From contig CM052817.1 in NCBI GenBank assembly GCA_028534125.1, forward strand, positions 96,660,001-96,724,000: 64,000 nt of DNA. The letters run 5' to 3'. The DNA comes from Lama glama. Lineage: Eukaryota. Both the position numbers and the translations under genes were made by a program. Of the stretch, positions 14,247 through 26,269 are shown in pieces (position 1 is the stretch's first letter; each line of letters begins with the position of its first letter). The notes under the pieces were generated by a model that worked only from the letters and a program-made list of their open reading frames with translations, did not search any database and was not told the DNA's origin.

Positions 14247-14617
14247 TGCTATGGACTGACTTATATCTTCCCAAAATTCATGTGTTGAAGCTCTAACCCT
14301 CAATTGTGACTGTATTTGGAGATAGGATCTGCAAGGGGTGACAAAAGCCAAATGAGGTCCTAAGGGTAGAGTCCTAATCCAATTGGGCTAACAATCTTAT
14401 GTAAAGAGGAAGAGACACCAGAGCTCTCTCTCCACTGTGTGAGGACAAAGCAATAATGTGCCATCTGCAAACCGGGAAGAGAGCCCTCCCAAAACCTGAC
14501 CACGCTGGCACCCTGATCTCAGACTTCCAACCTCCAGAACTGTAAGAAAATAAATTTCCGTGTTCCAGTCACCCAGTCGATGTCATTTTGTTATGGCAGC
14601 CCAAGCTGACTAATATA
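14247..14617 (+). mobile_element. MLT1A-like ERVL-MaLR solo LTR
   Basis: tgctatggactga start, gtatttggagatagg, ctggcaccctgatctcagacttcca, ttgttatggcagcccaagctgactaata end. Confidence 0.9.
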
Positions 14618-14738
14618 TCTCTCCATTGGGATTTGTCTGATTTTTTTCTCATATTACACTGGTATTTGGGGTTTGGGGGAACAAGACCACAGAAGTAAAG
14701 TGCCATTTTCACTACATCATATCAAGAGTACATACTAT

Positions 14739-15027
14739 CTCACAGACATAGAAAACAAATTAGTGGGTACCAAAGGGGAACAGGTGGAAGGGAGGATAAA
14801 TTCGGAGTTTGGGATTAACAGATACACACAACTATATAAAAGACAGATAAACAGCAAGTACCTACTGTATAGCACAGGGAACTATATTCAATATCTTATA
14901 ATAGCCTATGATGGAAAAAGGTTATGAAAAAGAATATGTATAATATACATGTATCACTTTGCTACACACCTGAAATTAACACTGTAAATCGACTATGCTT
15001 CAATGTAAATAAAGGTTTTTTTTTTTA
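14739..15027 (+). mobile_element. L1 3' UTR tail (cetartiodactyl type)
   Basis: ctcacagacatagaaaacaaa...ggagtttgggattaacagatac...cctactgtatagcacagggaactatattcaatatctt; imperfect flanking repeat gagtacatactat / gtgtatatactat. Confidence 0.88.
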
Positions 15028-15439
15028 AAAAGTGTATATACTATCAACATGACATCAGTGGTGATATTGACCTTGATTACCTGGATGAGGCAGTGTTTGT
15101 CAGGTTTCTCCATAGTAAAGTTATCATTTTTTCTCCCTTTGCATACTGTACTTTTAGGGGGGAAATCTTTAGGCACAGCGCACACTTAAGGAGGGAGGAG
15201 TTAGATTTCACCTCTTTGAAGGTAAAGTATCTATATAAATGATCTGGAATTCTTCCACATGAGATATTTGCTTCTTTATCCTCATTTATGTATTTCTTCA
15301 ATTATTTATTTATATCAACATAAGAAGCAGAGAAAGGGGTCTGCGGGGGAGAAGGAGAAATGCCTTTCCGCCAGGTGGGATAAGGCTCTAGTAAATCTTT
15401 CCCTTGTCATGGAGTATATATATTTTCATACACAAAAAT

Positions 15440-16690
15440 AAGTAATAGCTAAATAGTAATTGGTGTGCAATACTTTAGGAGCTTTCTTATATTCTGAAAA
15501 TTTGGTAAATTCATTTGTTGACTTCTATTCAGTTATTTCCATAACTTCTTTGACTTTTCTAATTTATGTATGTGTATCTTCACAAGAAAATTACTCCTGA
15601 AATAGTTTCCTCTTTATTTTATGTCTGGTTTTGTTTTTCTCTCAAAGAGTTATTGCCAGCATTTCAAGCGTTATGGTAAATTGCATCAGTGACAAGGGCA
15701 TATACGTCTTACTCCTGGTTCCAGGAAACGGCTTCAGTATGTCGGGAGTAGATGTAATATTTATTCATTCTAAATGCATACTATTAAAAACCACTTTAAT
15801 TATTTTAAATACATTTCAAATAAATAAAATTTAAAATTTTAATAATTTAGTTACCTATTATGCAACTTAATCAAGACAAGGCGGCAAATCTCTTTTACTG
15901 AATACCTTCCTGAAATCAATTGAACTCACATTGTTGCCTTTTGTTTTTTGTCTTGTTTATCCAGTAAGTGGTATCTTTGTGACCCAGACTCCTCACCTTG
16001 TTGCAATACCTCTATTTGACTACAATATATTATTCATTTGCCATACAACTATATTTTGTTTGCCAAGTTTCCTATAGTTTACCTTTAATACTTGCCTGCT
16101 TATTTTTTCTTTTATAATCTGATAGCATTCTTATATTCAAACTCAAAACTATATGTGCTCTATTAAATAAATGAGGTAACATATTTTAGAAAAGTGTATC
16201 TTCCTAAGAACACATCTTTGGAAATTTTGGAAATTTGGAATTTTACAGTTTCATAACATTGGGGAACAAATATCAATTTTCAAATCATATAGTAACCTTT
16301 TCTATTTCTTCCTCTCTTAATAGTCAATTTATACTCTTTCTTGTGCTTATTTCAGTTTTGTCATTTTTATAAGTAATCATTTAATTTGATCATCAAATGT
16401 ATTAATATAAACTGGGAATAACAGTATAGAAATTATTTAAAACATGCTCTCAATGATCTTTTGCATTCTGATTTTAACTAATTATTTACTCTTTTCTTAG
16501 CAATTAGAACAAGTCTTTTAAATAAATCATGTGCATAGTTTACTCAATTTTTTTTGAAGAACTGACTTTGATCTTAAATGTTGTTTTATTAATTTTTTAT
16601 TTTATTGATTTCAAGCCCTTAGTTTTATTTCAGCATCTCCTTTTGCAATTACATGGTGCTTTATAGATCATATTTTAAGGATAGCCTATG
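15440..16690 (-). mobile_element. Highly decayed ancient L1 ORF2 fragment
   Basis: T-rich strand bias; agtgacaagggcatatacgtcttactcctg resembles the antisense of the L1 RT RQGCPLS region. Confidence 0.55.
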
Positions 16691-16842
16691 CCATTTCTAT
16701 GAGAAGAAAGCCAAACAGCATCTAATATGCTCTGTATGGTTCGCCCTTTTTCCTGTAAGGGTCGACAAGTTCATCATATTATGTGAAAATGAATTTACTC
16801 AGGGTGGAGAAAAAGATACCTACACATGAATAAACAACTGTC

Positions 16843-17952
16843 ACAATGAATCAACAGAAAAAGAAAGTAAAGAAACAATCCCCTTTAAAATAGCACCCAA
16901 AGTAACAAAATACCTAGGAATTAATCTAACCAAGGAGGTGAAAGAATTATACACAGAAAACTATAAACCATTGATGAAGGAAATTAAAGAAGACTTTAAA
17001 AAATGGAAGGATATCCCATTCTCTTAGATTGGAAGAATCAATATTGTTAAAATGGTCACACTGCCCAAGGCAATCTACAGATTTAATGCAATCCCTATCA
17101 AATTACCGAACTAGACATATTTCACAGAACTAGAACAAATCATAATAAAATTTGTATGGAACCATCAAAGACCTAGAATTGCCAAAGCATTACTGAAGAG
17201 AAAGAAAGAGGCTGGAGGAATAACTNNNNNNNNNNNNNNNNNNNNNNNNNNNNNNNNNNNNNNNNNNNNNNNNNNNNNNNNNNNNNNNNNNNNNNNNNNN
17301 NNNNNNNNNNNNNNNNNNNNNNNNNNNNNNNNNNNNNNNNNNNNNNNNNNNNNNNNNNNNNNNNNNNNNNNNNNNNNNNNNNNNNNNNNNNNNNNNNNNN
17401 NNNNNNNNNNNNNNNNNNNNNNNNNNNNNNNNNNNNNNNNNNNNNNNNNNNNNNNNNNNNNNNNNNNNNNNNNNNNNNNNNNNNNNNNNNNNNNNNNNNN
17501 NNNNNNNNNNNNNNNNNNNNNNNNNNNNNNNNNNNNNNNNNNNNNNNNNNNNNNNNNNNNNNNNNNNNNNNNNNNNNNNNNNNNNNNNNNNNNNNNNNNN
17601 NNNNNNNNNNNNNNNNNNNNNNNNNNNNNNNNNNNNNNNNNNNNNNNNNNNNNNNNNNNNNNNNNNNNNNNNNNNNNNNNNNNNNNNNNNNNNNNNNNNN
17701 NNNNNNNNNNNNNNNNNNNNNNNNNCAGGGGGTGGGAAGGGATAGACTGGGATTTCAAAATTGTAGAACAGATAAACAAGATTATACTGTATAGCACAGG
17801 GAAATATATACAAGATCTTATGGTAGCTCACAGAGAAAAAAATGTGACAATAAATATATATATGTTCATGTATAACTGAAAAATTGTGCTCTACACTGGA
17901 ATTTGACACAACATTGTAAAATGGCTATAAATCAATAAAAAATGTTAAAAAA
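16843..17952 (+). mobile_element. Young 5'-truncated L1 spanning an assembly gap
   Basis: ORF2 sequence (KYLGINLTKEVKELYTENYK...GRINIVKM..LPKAIYRFNAIPIKLP...AGGIT) before the gap; 3' UTR with aataaa and A-tail after it. Confidence 0.92.
17226..17725. other. Assembly gap (500 N)
   Basis: Run of N directly visible. Confidence 1.
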
Positions 17953-18089
17953 ATTGTCAGACTGGCTGTTATATCACTGACCTATTTATTGTTCAAATTC
18001 TGGAACAGAAAAGAAAAAAAGAGCTTTCAAATACACAAGGAAATGCCAGGAACATGTAAAAGATTTAAAAGCCATGGTTGCATTGGGTC

Positions 18090-18480
18090 CTTGGCCTTGT
18101 GTATAGTCATGCTTTCAAAAGGTTTATAACAAGAACCAATAACTCGATGAACGTTCAGGACTGACTCCTATCAGTCTACCACCAGGGCAAGAACTTCTCT
18201 CAGATCTTAGCTTCCAGGTGTGGTTCACCTCACTCAACCTTTCTCACTTTAAAGAACTTCTTTTCCTCAAGGTGCTTTCAAATTCTAATGAGCCTCCAGA
18301 TGTCTGTTGCAAAATATCTGTGGCCCTTTACACACTTTCAACATTGGTTCATAAACAACTCTTCTTTTATCTTCAAACAGCCTCCACGAGTTTCAAAGTT
18401 TGTTTATAAAAAAACAGTTTTGTTTGACTACACAATTCTAGGGGATTTTGTATTTCTGTCTAAAAGTCAATGAGCTTTGG
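18090..18480 (+). mobile_element. Possible ancient non-LTR retrotransposon RT relic (RTE/L4 or CR1/L2 clade)
   Basis: Frameshifted translation PISL..GKNFSQILASR (from 18167), then LYTLSTLVHK...LQTASTSFK, loosely matching the RT motifs RPISLL..GK.F..IL..RL and FTL..LIEK...AFVDFK. Confidence 0.3.
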
Positions 18481-18833
18481 CTTTGACGAGTTTCTTTTTG
18501 TACCTGAACACATCTTCAGTTTACATTTTTGCTTATCATAGAGATGACAGGTCCCATCAAAAATAACAAGTTGTCAACCTGACTAATCTTTGTCCTTAAG
18601 ACATGAGGCTAATCCCTGCAGGCCTGTGAAGCTTCTAGACTCTACCATGTGCTGTTAAAGATAGAAGGTAGACTAAAGCATCAAAACCTCACACAATGTA
18701 AGATTTTACACATCATAGCTTATTAACATACTGACATTATGAGCGACTTCTATTTTTTTCATCGTTTTTTGCTTTATTGCTGTTAGGTAAAGTACATTTT
18801 AGCTGTTATTTTTTTTTAAAGTAAAGCCCTGGA

Positions 18834-19158
18834 GGAGGGGCTTGAAGATAGTGGAATAGAAGGACGTGGAGCTCACCTTCTCCCATGAATACATCAAAAA
18901 GACATTTACACGTCCAACAATTCTCACAGGATACCTACTGAACTTTGGCAGAAGATTTGTACAATTGGAACTACAAAGCAATCTTCACAAAGCCAGATAA
19001 ACAACAAGGTCCTACTGTACAGCACAGGGAATTATATTCCATACCTTATGATAGCCTATAATGAGAAAGAATATGAAAAAGAATATCACTATTCTGTACA
19101 CCAGAAATTAACAAAACATTGTAAACTGAATATAATTCAATTAAAAAATTTAACAAAT
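18834..19158 (+). mobile_element. Short L1 derivative: L1 5' UTR head fused to L1 3' tail, flanked by a TSD
   Basis: Head aagatagtggaatagaaggacgtggagctcaccttctccc...cctactgaactttggcagaaga resembles cetartiodactyl L1 5' ends; tail ataaacaacaaggtcctactgtacagcacaggg...A-tail; TSD aaagtaaagccctgga (18818-18833) / aaagtgaaactctgga (19159-19174). Confidence 0.8.
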
Positions 19159-19966
19159 AAAGTGAAACTCTGGACTGCACTGTAACACAACTATGGAAGG
19201 AAGCAGCAACAGGAACGGTTTAAAAGAGATGTTAGGAATGCAAAACGTCCAGCTTCACAGAAGCACCCTAAGACCAGGAGCCGTGTCTTACTCATCTTTG
19301 TAATCTTTCTCCCTTAGGACTGTCTTGGATGTGGCTCTCCACCCCTACCAAGGACTGGCTTCCACTGGTCTACACAGGGCCTCAATACAAATTAGAAAAA
19401 CACATCTCTTTTTCCTGCAGAAATTTTTTTAAGTCAGCATAGTGTTTATTTCTCAGCTACAACAACTGCAACAGGTGTAAAGTCACTCTTTATAAAATTC
19501 ACAAATCCAACTCTTGAACATAAAGGACAAAATTAAAAATTGTAATCAGGGTAATAAAGAATGCCAACTAATTACAATATAGTAATTTGTTTAAGATAAT
19601 TACACATCATTCTTCCATGGTGAATGAATTTATTACAGCAATTCCAATAATTATTTGTAGCTGTCTCATTCTATAGAAATGGCCCCTGGGTTAGCCTGTA
19701 CTTTTTGTAATAGTGTAGATCTTAAATCACATTTATTAAATATTTAATGTGAGAATAAAGTCTCCACTGGCACTGATACTGAGAGTTGAATGTAAACTGA
19801 GAGCCAGATAAGTATCTTGAGCTGTATGCAGTAAATTAAGGCTGCATGATGACGCGCTATCAGTGCCACTCATTAGTATGTTCATCAGTCAACTTCAGTT
19901 GTAAATTTTTACGTACTTGTAGTAATTCATTTCTACAGTTTTTCAAAGTATCTATGTCATCTAGAA

Positions 19967-20279
19967 CAGAGGCCAGCTAACAACGGCTCAAAGGCTAAGT
20001 CTGATCTACCATCTGTTTTTGTACCGCCATAAGCTAGGAATAGCTTTTGCATTTTTAAATGATTAGGAGGAAAAACATTAATAGTATTGCATGATACATG
20101 GAAACTTTATAAAATTAAAATTTTGGCATTCACCAATAAAGTTTTATTGGAACACAGTCCTGCTCATTTGCTTACATATTGTCTATGGCTGCTTTTACAC
20201 TACAACACAAAGTTGAGTAGAGACCAAATGGCCCACAAAGCCTAAAATATTTACTACCTAGCCCTTTTGCAAACCCCTG
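19967..20279. mobile_element. MER58(B)-type hAT-Charlie MITE nested in the Zaphod-like element
   Basis: aataaagttttattggaacacag...ggcccacaaagcctaaaatatttacta motifs; perfect 8-bp TSD ATCTAGAA at 19959-19966 and 20280-20287. Confidence 0.92.
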
Positions 20280-20312
20280 ATCTAGAACTCTGAGAAGGCT
20301 GTGACAGTCTAC

Positions 20313-20485
20313 TTTTTTCAAACGTTCTTTCATTGTCATTTTACAATGTTGTGTCAAATTCCAGTGTAGAGCACAATTTTTCAGTGATACATGAACATAC
20401 ATATATTTGTCACATTTTTTTTTTGCTGTGAGCTACCACAAGATCTTATATATATTTCCCTGTAATATACAGTATAATATTGTTT
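20313..20485 (-). mobile_element. Short L1 3' tail, same subfamily as 17726-17952
   Basis: Near reverse complement of 17775-17950; flanks tgtgacagtct / tgtgatagtct. Confidence 0.88.
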
Positions 20486-23400
20486 GTGATAGTCTTTTGG
20501 TATTGAAAACTTTTTAAAATGAGAAGCATATGTCTTATTATGTACCAGCAGTAATGGTTATATAATGACATCATTATTATATATTGTTATTATGTTATTA
20601 TTATGATCTAGATTTACTGTACTTATATTGCATGTTGTTATTCTTTATAAGTCTGTATTGTTAATACATCTATGTATTTAGGTATCTTTCATTACATCAT
20701 CAGCAATTTCTAAAAGTGCACAACACACTTTTAATTTAGTTTTCAGTGACAGAATGTTATCAGCTGACTTCGTTATGCTTTTGACAAAGGTTCTTAAGTT
20801 TTTTATCCTTCGTAAACGTGTTTTAAATACAACTCAATGTTTGATTGAAGTCAAAAAGTCATCGGTTAGTTTTTGGAACATGGAAAATTTAGTGATGTCA
20901 AAAAATATTTTTAACTGCATCGTTAATGATCAAGTGTAAAGAACGGACAGGGCAAAAAATAAAGACTTTTGTGCAACCTGTTATGTTTTCTATATATACA
21001 CTTATATCCCTGGCCCCTCAACCTATTTTTACCTTTATTATTGTTTTCTTAAGTGATTTAGTCCCGAAGAAATGTACACAGTTCTTCTTTAGTTATTTAA
21101 TTTACATGGAAAATTCCAATCCAAGAGTTCACATATGGAAATGTATGCATTTCTATAATCTACAAACCTAACAATAATTGCTCTTAACTTGGCATACATT
21201 AGGGATTTTATCTAAAATAATTCAGTTATGTTTTACATTTCTTTTTATCGAAACTATTCTGTTATAATTTCACAATTTTGGTTTTTTATTCCATCCTTCA
21301 GGAAGTATATTATGTTGCCAATGTTTCTATTTTGTGCAAATGTCTTCCATAATATACAATTCTGCTAGTGTCTGCAAAATATAGCAAACTGCCATTATCT
21401 CATTCATAAAATTTCTTGAATAATCCTCTCAATGCTAACACATAGCTTTGCCAAAAACTGAATCACGCATCTTAAGAGGCCATCACACTATGACAATATT
21501 TTTCTCTTTTCTGAATAACCTCTGGTAGCACTGATAGTTATGAAACTTTTCTATACAGCATTTCAGTTTTGAGCACTTATATTACTATTGATGCGCATTA
21601 CACTTTTTTCCATTCTTAGTAAGAATACATAATAAAAGCTGACAGTCCTTGACTACTTCCTCATTCATTAGTGGAGTTTATTCTATCCCCAAAGTATTTA
21701 TAATATGGACAAAAGAATCTTTTGAGGTAAAATAACTATAATCTAATCATTTTCAACATTTGGGAGAATTCGTGTATAATCATATGTTCTTACCTACAGT
21801 TTATTTTGTAATATAATACTGTCTTACAAGAATTGGATCATTTTCAACAGGAGTGGCATATCCTTGTGTTTCATATTCAAATTAGATGGCCATAAATCTG
21901 GATGCCTAATAGAATGTTCAGTTTAAAAGATTCTTTTGTGTTTTCCCCCTTCAAATTGTTCTTGAAATTGTTCATTTAGAGTTGACGTTGAGGTGGAAGG
22001 GAAATTTACATACATCTCCATTAATGACATATCTACGCTGCATTCTGCTGAATATTCTAGTTTCAAAATTCTTTTCTTTTTTGGTCTTCTGTTTCTCCAG
22101 AAATTTTATTTAACTAGCCAAAGTTTCTCTTGATCTTTGTTTCTAACAACTTCCCAATTACATCTCTTCTGATACCAATAATTTATTTAAATTTTCTTTT
22201 CAACATCCAAGGGAAAATAACACCTTTTTTCAAAAATTGATAACATTTAAAAATATTATATAACATGTCTCTAAATTTTAAATAATTTTTGCATCAACAT
22301 TTCCATAGTAAAAAAGTACTCAATACTATAATATAATTAATAAATTGTTACATGGTAGGAATCTAATTTGTATCTATGTAAAATATACTTCGTAGATTAT
22401 TAATGGGAATTGAATCATTACTTAGTAATTTGTGTCATAATATAAGTACTTGTAAATTAACTGGTAACTTAGCAATACAATTCTGGTCTAGGAAACAAAT
22501 GGCAGATGGCATAAACTGTAGCATATGATACCCAATTAAGCCAGTGTACTAAAACCAATAGGGGATTTTTTAAAAGATATTCACCGAGATATTTAATAAG
22601 AATTTTCTTCTTTAGAGGCCCAGTTATTTGATCAAAATGTTGGTTTTTTTGAAGTATTAAATTTATTCCTATTTTGTAATGTAAAGCAGAATAATACAAA
22701 TTTTTTCTGCTGTATTAAGCCCCTATGCAACCTTCCATTGGAAATTTGTCACATTATGCTGGTTTCAATAGAGGAAAATTCCTTACTGTCAGAAGCCAGA
22801 AATGTGCTGTAATTAATATTCAGGCAATTCCTCTCTGGATCTAACACTTAGGATAAATAAAATAGTTTTAAAATTTCAATATAATAAGCATGTATACCTA
22901 TGGAATCAATCCTGTTTGCTATGGCACCCTTGTGCAGTACACAACCTGAACAATGTAAACAGCAGCTATCTATAAGAGGGAATGTGGAAGTACTCCCATC
23001 CAGTGCCTATCCTAGGAGTAGTTTAATAAGTATTTGTTGAGTGAATGGCATGTGGTACCTAATCTGTATCTATCTTTTATGTTTTTTCTCTTTCCCATTC
23101 CCATCCTCTGTCCCAAACTTTCTTCATTTAACTTGAATCCTTATTGAAAGTTGAGATTGTTCTAAGTAATATCAAGCATTTTGTGCCTCTCAACAAAACA
23201 GTCATCCAAGCCCAAAGAAAGAGTAACTTTTAAAAATATGGAAAATTGAGGAAATGTAGTAACTCTGTATTTGGATGGGCCATCCACATAAACAGCTAGA
23301 ATACAGCTACTAGTGTTTAAGAAGAGATCAATTTTAAACATGAGACAGACAATAGTGGTTCAGCAGAAGAAACTAAAATGATAATGTCTCTAAAAGCGTA

Positions 23401-23599
23401 ACTACAATTCATTTTTAAAAACGTATTAAGCATGCAGAATTTAGCACTGGATATCCATCCTAGTGGGAGAGAGAACCAACATACAGATTAATTCTATACT
23501 GCTAGAATATGACATATACTATGAAATGGGTACAGAGAAGTGCTTTGGGGAGATAAAGGAGAAAGAAATCACTATAAAAGATCATGAAATTTTCATTAA

Positions 23600-24220
23600 T
23601 TGATTGATCAAATATTGATTGAGGACCTATGATGGGCAGGAACTATTCTTAGTGTTAAAGCAAAAAAAAAAAAAACAGCAAAAATAATCACCCTCCCAGA
23701 GCTTACAATCCATGGAAGGAATCAGACAATAAACAAGTAAAAATTAAAACATCTCACACAGTGCAGAGAGCTCTGGAGAACTGTAATGGCAGAGGACTGG
23801 AGTTGTGTTGGAGACATGCGGTTTTAGACAGGGTATACAGGAGGCCTCCACAGGAAGGCCATGTTTCAGAGAAGCCCTGAAGGAGGCCTGGGAGTAAGTC
23901 ATGTGATTCTTGTTAATATCATTTGTTTTGAGGGAATTGTCTGTGCCAGAGTGTGACTGGTGAGACGGAGGAATTACACATCCAGGGAACAGTGTGAAGG
24001 CCAGTGGGGCTGGAGTGGAGAGGAAGTCCAGCTGTAGGAGATGTGGGGAGAAAGAAAATGAGGGGCTAGATGATGTAGGACCTCGGAGAGCACTGTGAGG
24101 GCTCTCTCTCCGCAGGAAAGGAAAACAAGTAGGGGCAACTGTCTCAGAACTCTGGATTGGAGATGGTAGTGGCTCAGACCAGAGTGATAGTGGAGATGGT
24201 CTGAGGTGGTCGTAGAGGAA
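23600..24220 (-). mobile_element. L2 LINE fragment
   Basis: caaatattgattgaggacctatg...cagagcttacaatc...tggctcagaccagagtgatagtggagatgg. Confidence 0.75.
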
Positions 24221-26269
24221 CACAGAAATCTCTTTTAACATTTTCTGAGTGCCTCCCCAGATGCCAAGAACTGTACCCAGCTCAAGAGCTGGGTCTGAAT
24301 CCCTTGCATGAATACTTTGTACTTCCTTGACCGATAACTCAAACCCTACTGAAACTGAGAGTTGCCCCTTCTGAAGTATGCCTTCTTGCTGCTCTCAGGT
24401 CAAACTGACCTCCAGGATCCTCACTCTGACCCAACCCAGACTACTTTTCGCTGTAACCCTTGGATGTGGTGACCTGAAATCCCTCATTCCCACCAGCAGC
24501 AACCTACTTCATAGTTAGAGTTATTGTCCATGAAAGGCAGAGGTGGAAACTTTCATTGCACATTTGGGGATAGCAGCCAACTGGTCTAGACACCCAAGAT
24601 CACAGTGTGTGTGAAAGGCAGCAATGGGAGATGAGACTAGAAAGGCAGACTTGGGTCTGGGAGGGCCACCACATGACATTTGGACCTCACCTTCTAGGAC
24701 AAGGCCAATGGACACACATCTTTTATTGCATGCTTTTTATAAGTGTTGTAAATTGGATTACTGTTCAGCAACTATTTAGTATCTTCTCTCCTTCTAGGCA
24801 AGAATATTCGATCCTACCTTTGCTGACAAGGGGGCTTGGGCATTCCCAATACATGTATATTTTTGGGGTGTATATACATGCATTACTATGCAAACACAAA
24901 TACATACAAAATATAAACATAAATTACAAATTTGAAAGGTATGAGTGGAAAACTAATTAGGAAAAAAGTCATAATAGTTTCTTTCCACATCCCAGTGGAT
25001 GGTCTTAAGCACTTCCTGGGATGGTGGGTCCAAATCTGTGCTCTCAGCTTTCAGATTTTGCTGTTTGAAACAAACTAAAACATTTTTTAACACCTACTTT
25101 ATTCCAGAAATTAGGGATAGATGCACCAAAAAAAGAAGATGATGACGACAAGCTCAGGGCACTGGTGTTAAAGAAGGTTTACAGCAGGAAAGAGCATAAA
25201 AAGTTTAAGAGAGAGTATCTTAGAAATAGGACGTAGGGATAAGAGATTAGAGATAAGAGGAGAGAGATTTCAGTAGGTAGGTTTATAAAGCTATTGACTT
25301 GGCCACGAAGGAGGGACGACAAGAAGAATGGAGAAAAGAAGGGAGAGAGAGAAAAGAAAAAATTTGGAAATAGTTTGAAATGATCCTCAACTGGATAATG
25401 ATCTGCCTAATAACTAAACTTTAGCTCATTTCCATACATACCTATGAAATAATGGTTTATATTTATAAACTACTATTTGTAAAGTATCCTCATATACTCC
25501 ATTTGATTTTAGTTATCGTAATCCTCACAGTAACCCTATGGGACGGACATTCATATCCTCATTTGGTAACTGAAGACCACCAAGGCTTAACATTTCTTCC
25601 CTCACATCTAAAAGGATGCAGAAGAATCTGGAAACATTTTTCCTTCTGGTCTTGGAGTTAATTTTCACAGTCAGATGTGGGAAGATCTTCCTTCACTTTG
25701 AAAGATTACAGCAGTTCTATATGTCAACCTTGCCTGGTGAGCAACCAACTAAAACTATGGTCTTGAGAAAAATCAGTTAGAGAGGCCATGTGGTTTGGGG
25801 AGTTATACAGACAATATTGCAGATGTTCTGTCAGGTGTGTTACAAAGCTCTCATCCATGCAAGGGAACACTCTGCTGAGTTTATCTGGTGGGAACACTCT
25901 TAGTAAGAATGAATGATGCTTACCTACAACTACTTTTGAGATGTGGGGTCCTTATCTACATTTTACAATGCATAACCAAAAGCCCTGGACTCAGGAATAA
26001 TAGTAAAATATCAGAATGAATTGAAAATCAGGAAAACAATTTAATGTCTTTGATGGAGAGCAAGGTAATTAATAAAAAATGAGTTTAGAGAAGTATTGTG
26101 TTCAGGATCAACTTCCACCAAATTAGGAGAAGTGCAAACTTAGGTTGTCTGCTATATATCCTTATCTCAAGGAGTGGTTAGGAAGCTCAAATAAGATAAT
26201 AAATGGAAAGTGTTTTGAAAATTTATTGACGGATCCAAGAAATGGTTATTGCATCACACATACACATGT

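Larger units (their letters stand above)
13885..15320 (-). mobile_element. Old L1 (L1MC/L1MD-like) 3' region hosting two later insertions
   Basis: Antisense motifs ctgttccaagatccca...tacatttagtcatc, gaccacagaagtaaagtgccatttt, tttgtcaggtttctcc; the host sequence resumes across both inserts. Confidence 0.75.
19450..22968 (-). mobile_element. Decayed near-full-length hAT-Tip100 (Zaphod/MER91-related) DNA transposon with transposase remnants
   Basis: Minus strand starts with MER91/Zaphod-like ttgttcaggttgtgtactgcacaagggtgcc (~22,920-22,960). Colinear broken transposase motifs follow: YTRILPN, VIQFLAK..LALRG..DNG, RGQGY (21018-21004), LHLIINDAV (20939-20913) and dimerisation-domain-like SASG...DLRST...AISIE (~19,670-19,800). 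Confidence 0.8.

Noticed and set aside
17165..17909. 210-aa and 239-aa ORFs
   Set aside because: Artefacts of reading through 500 Ns on the antisense strand of an L1.
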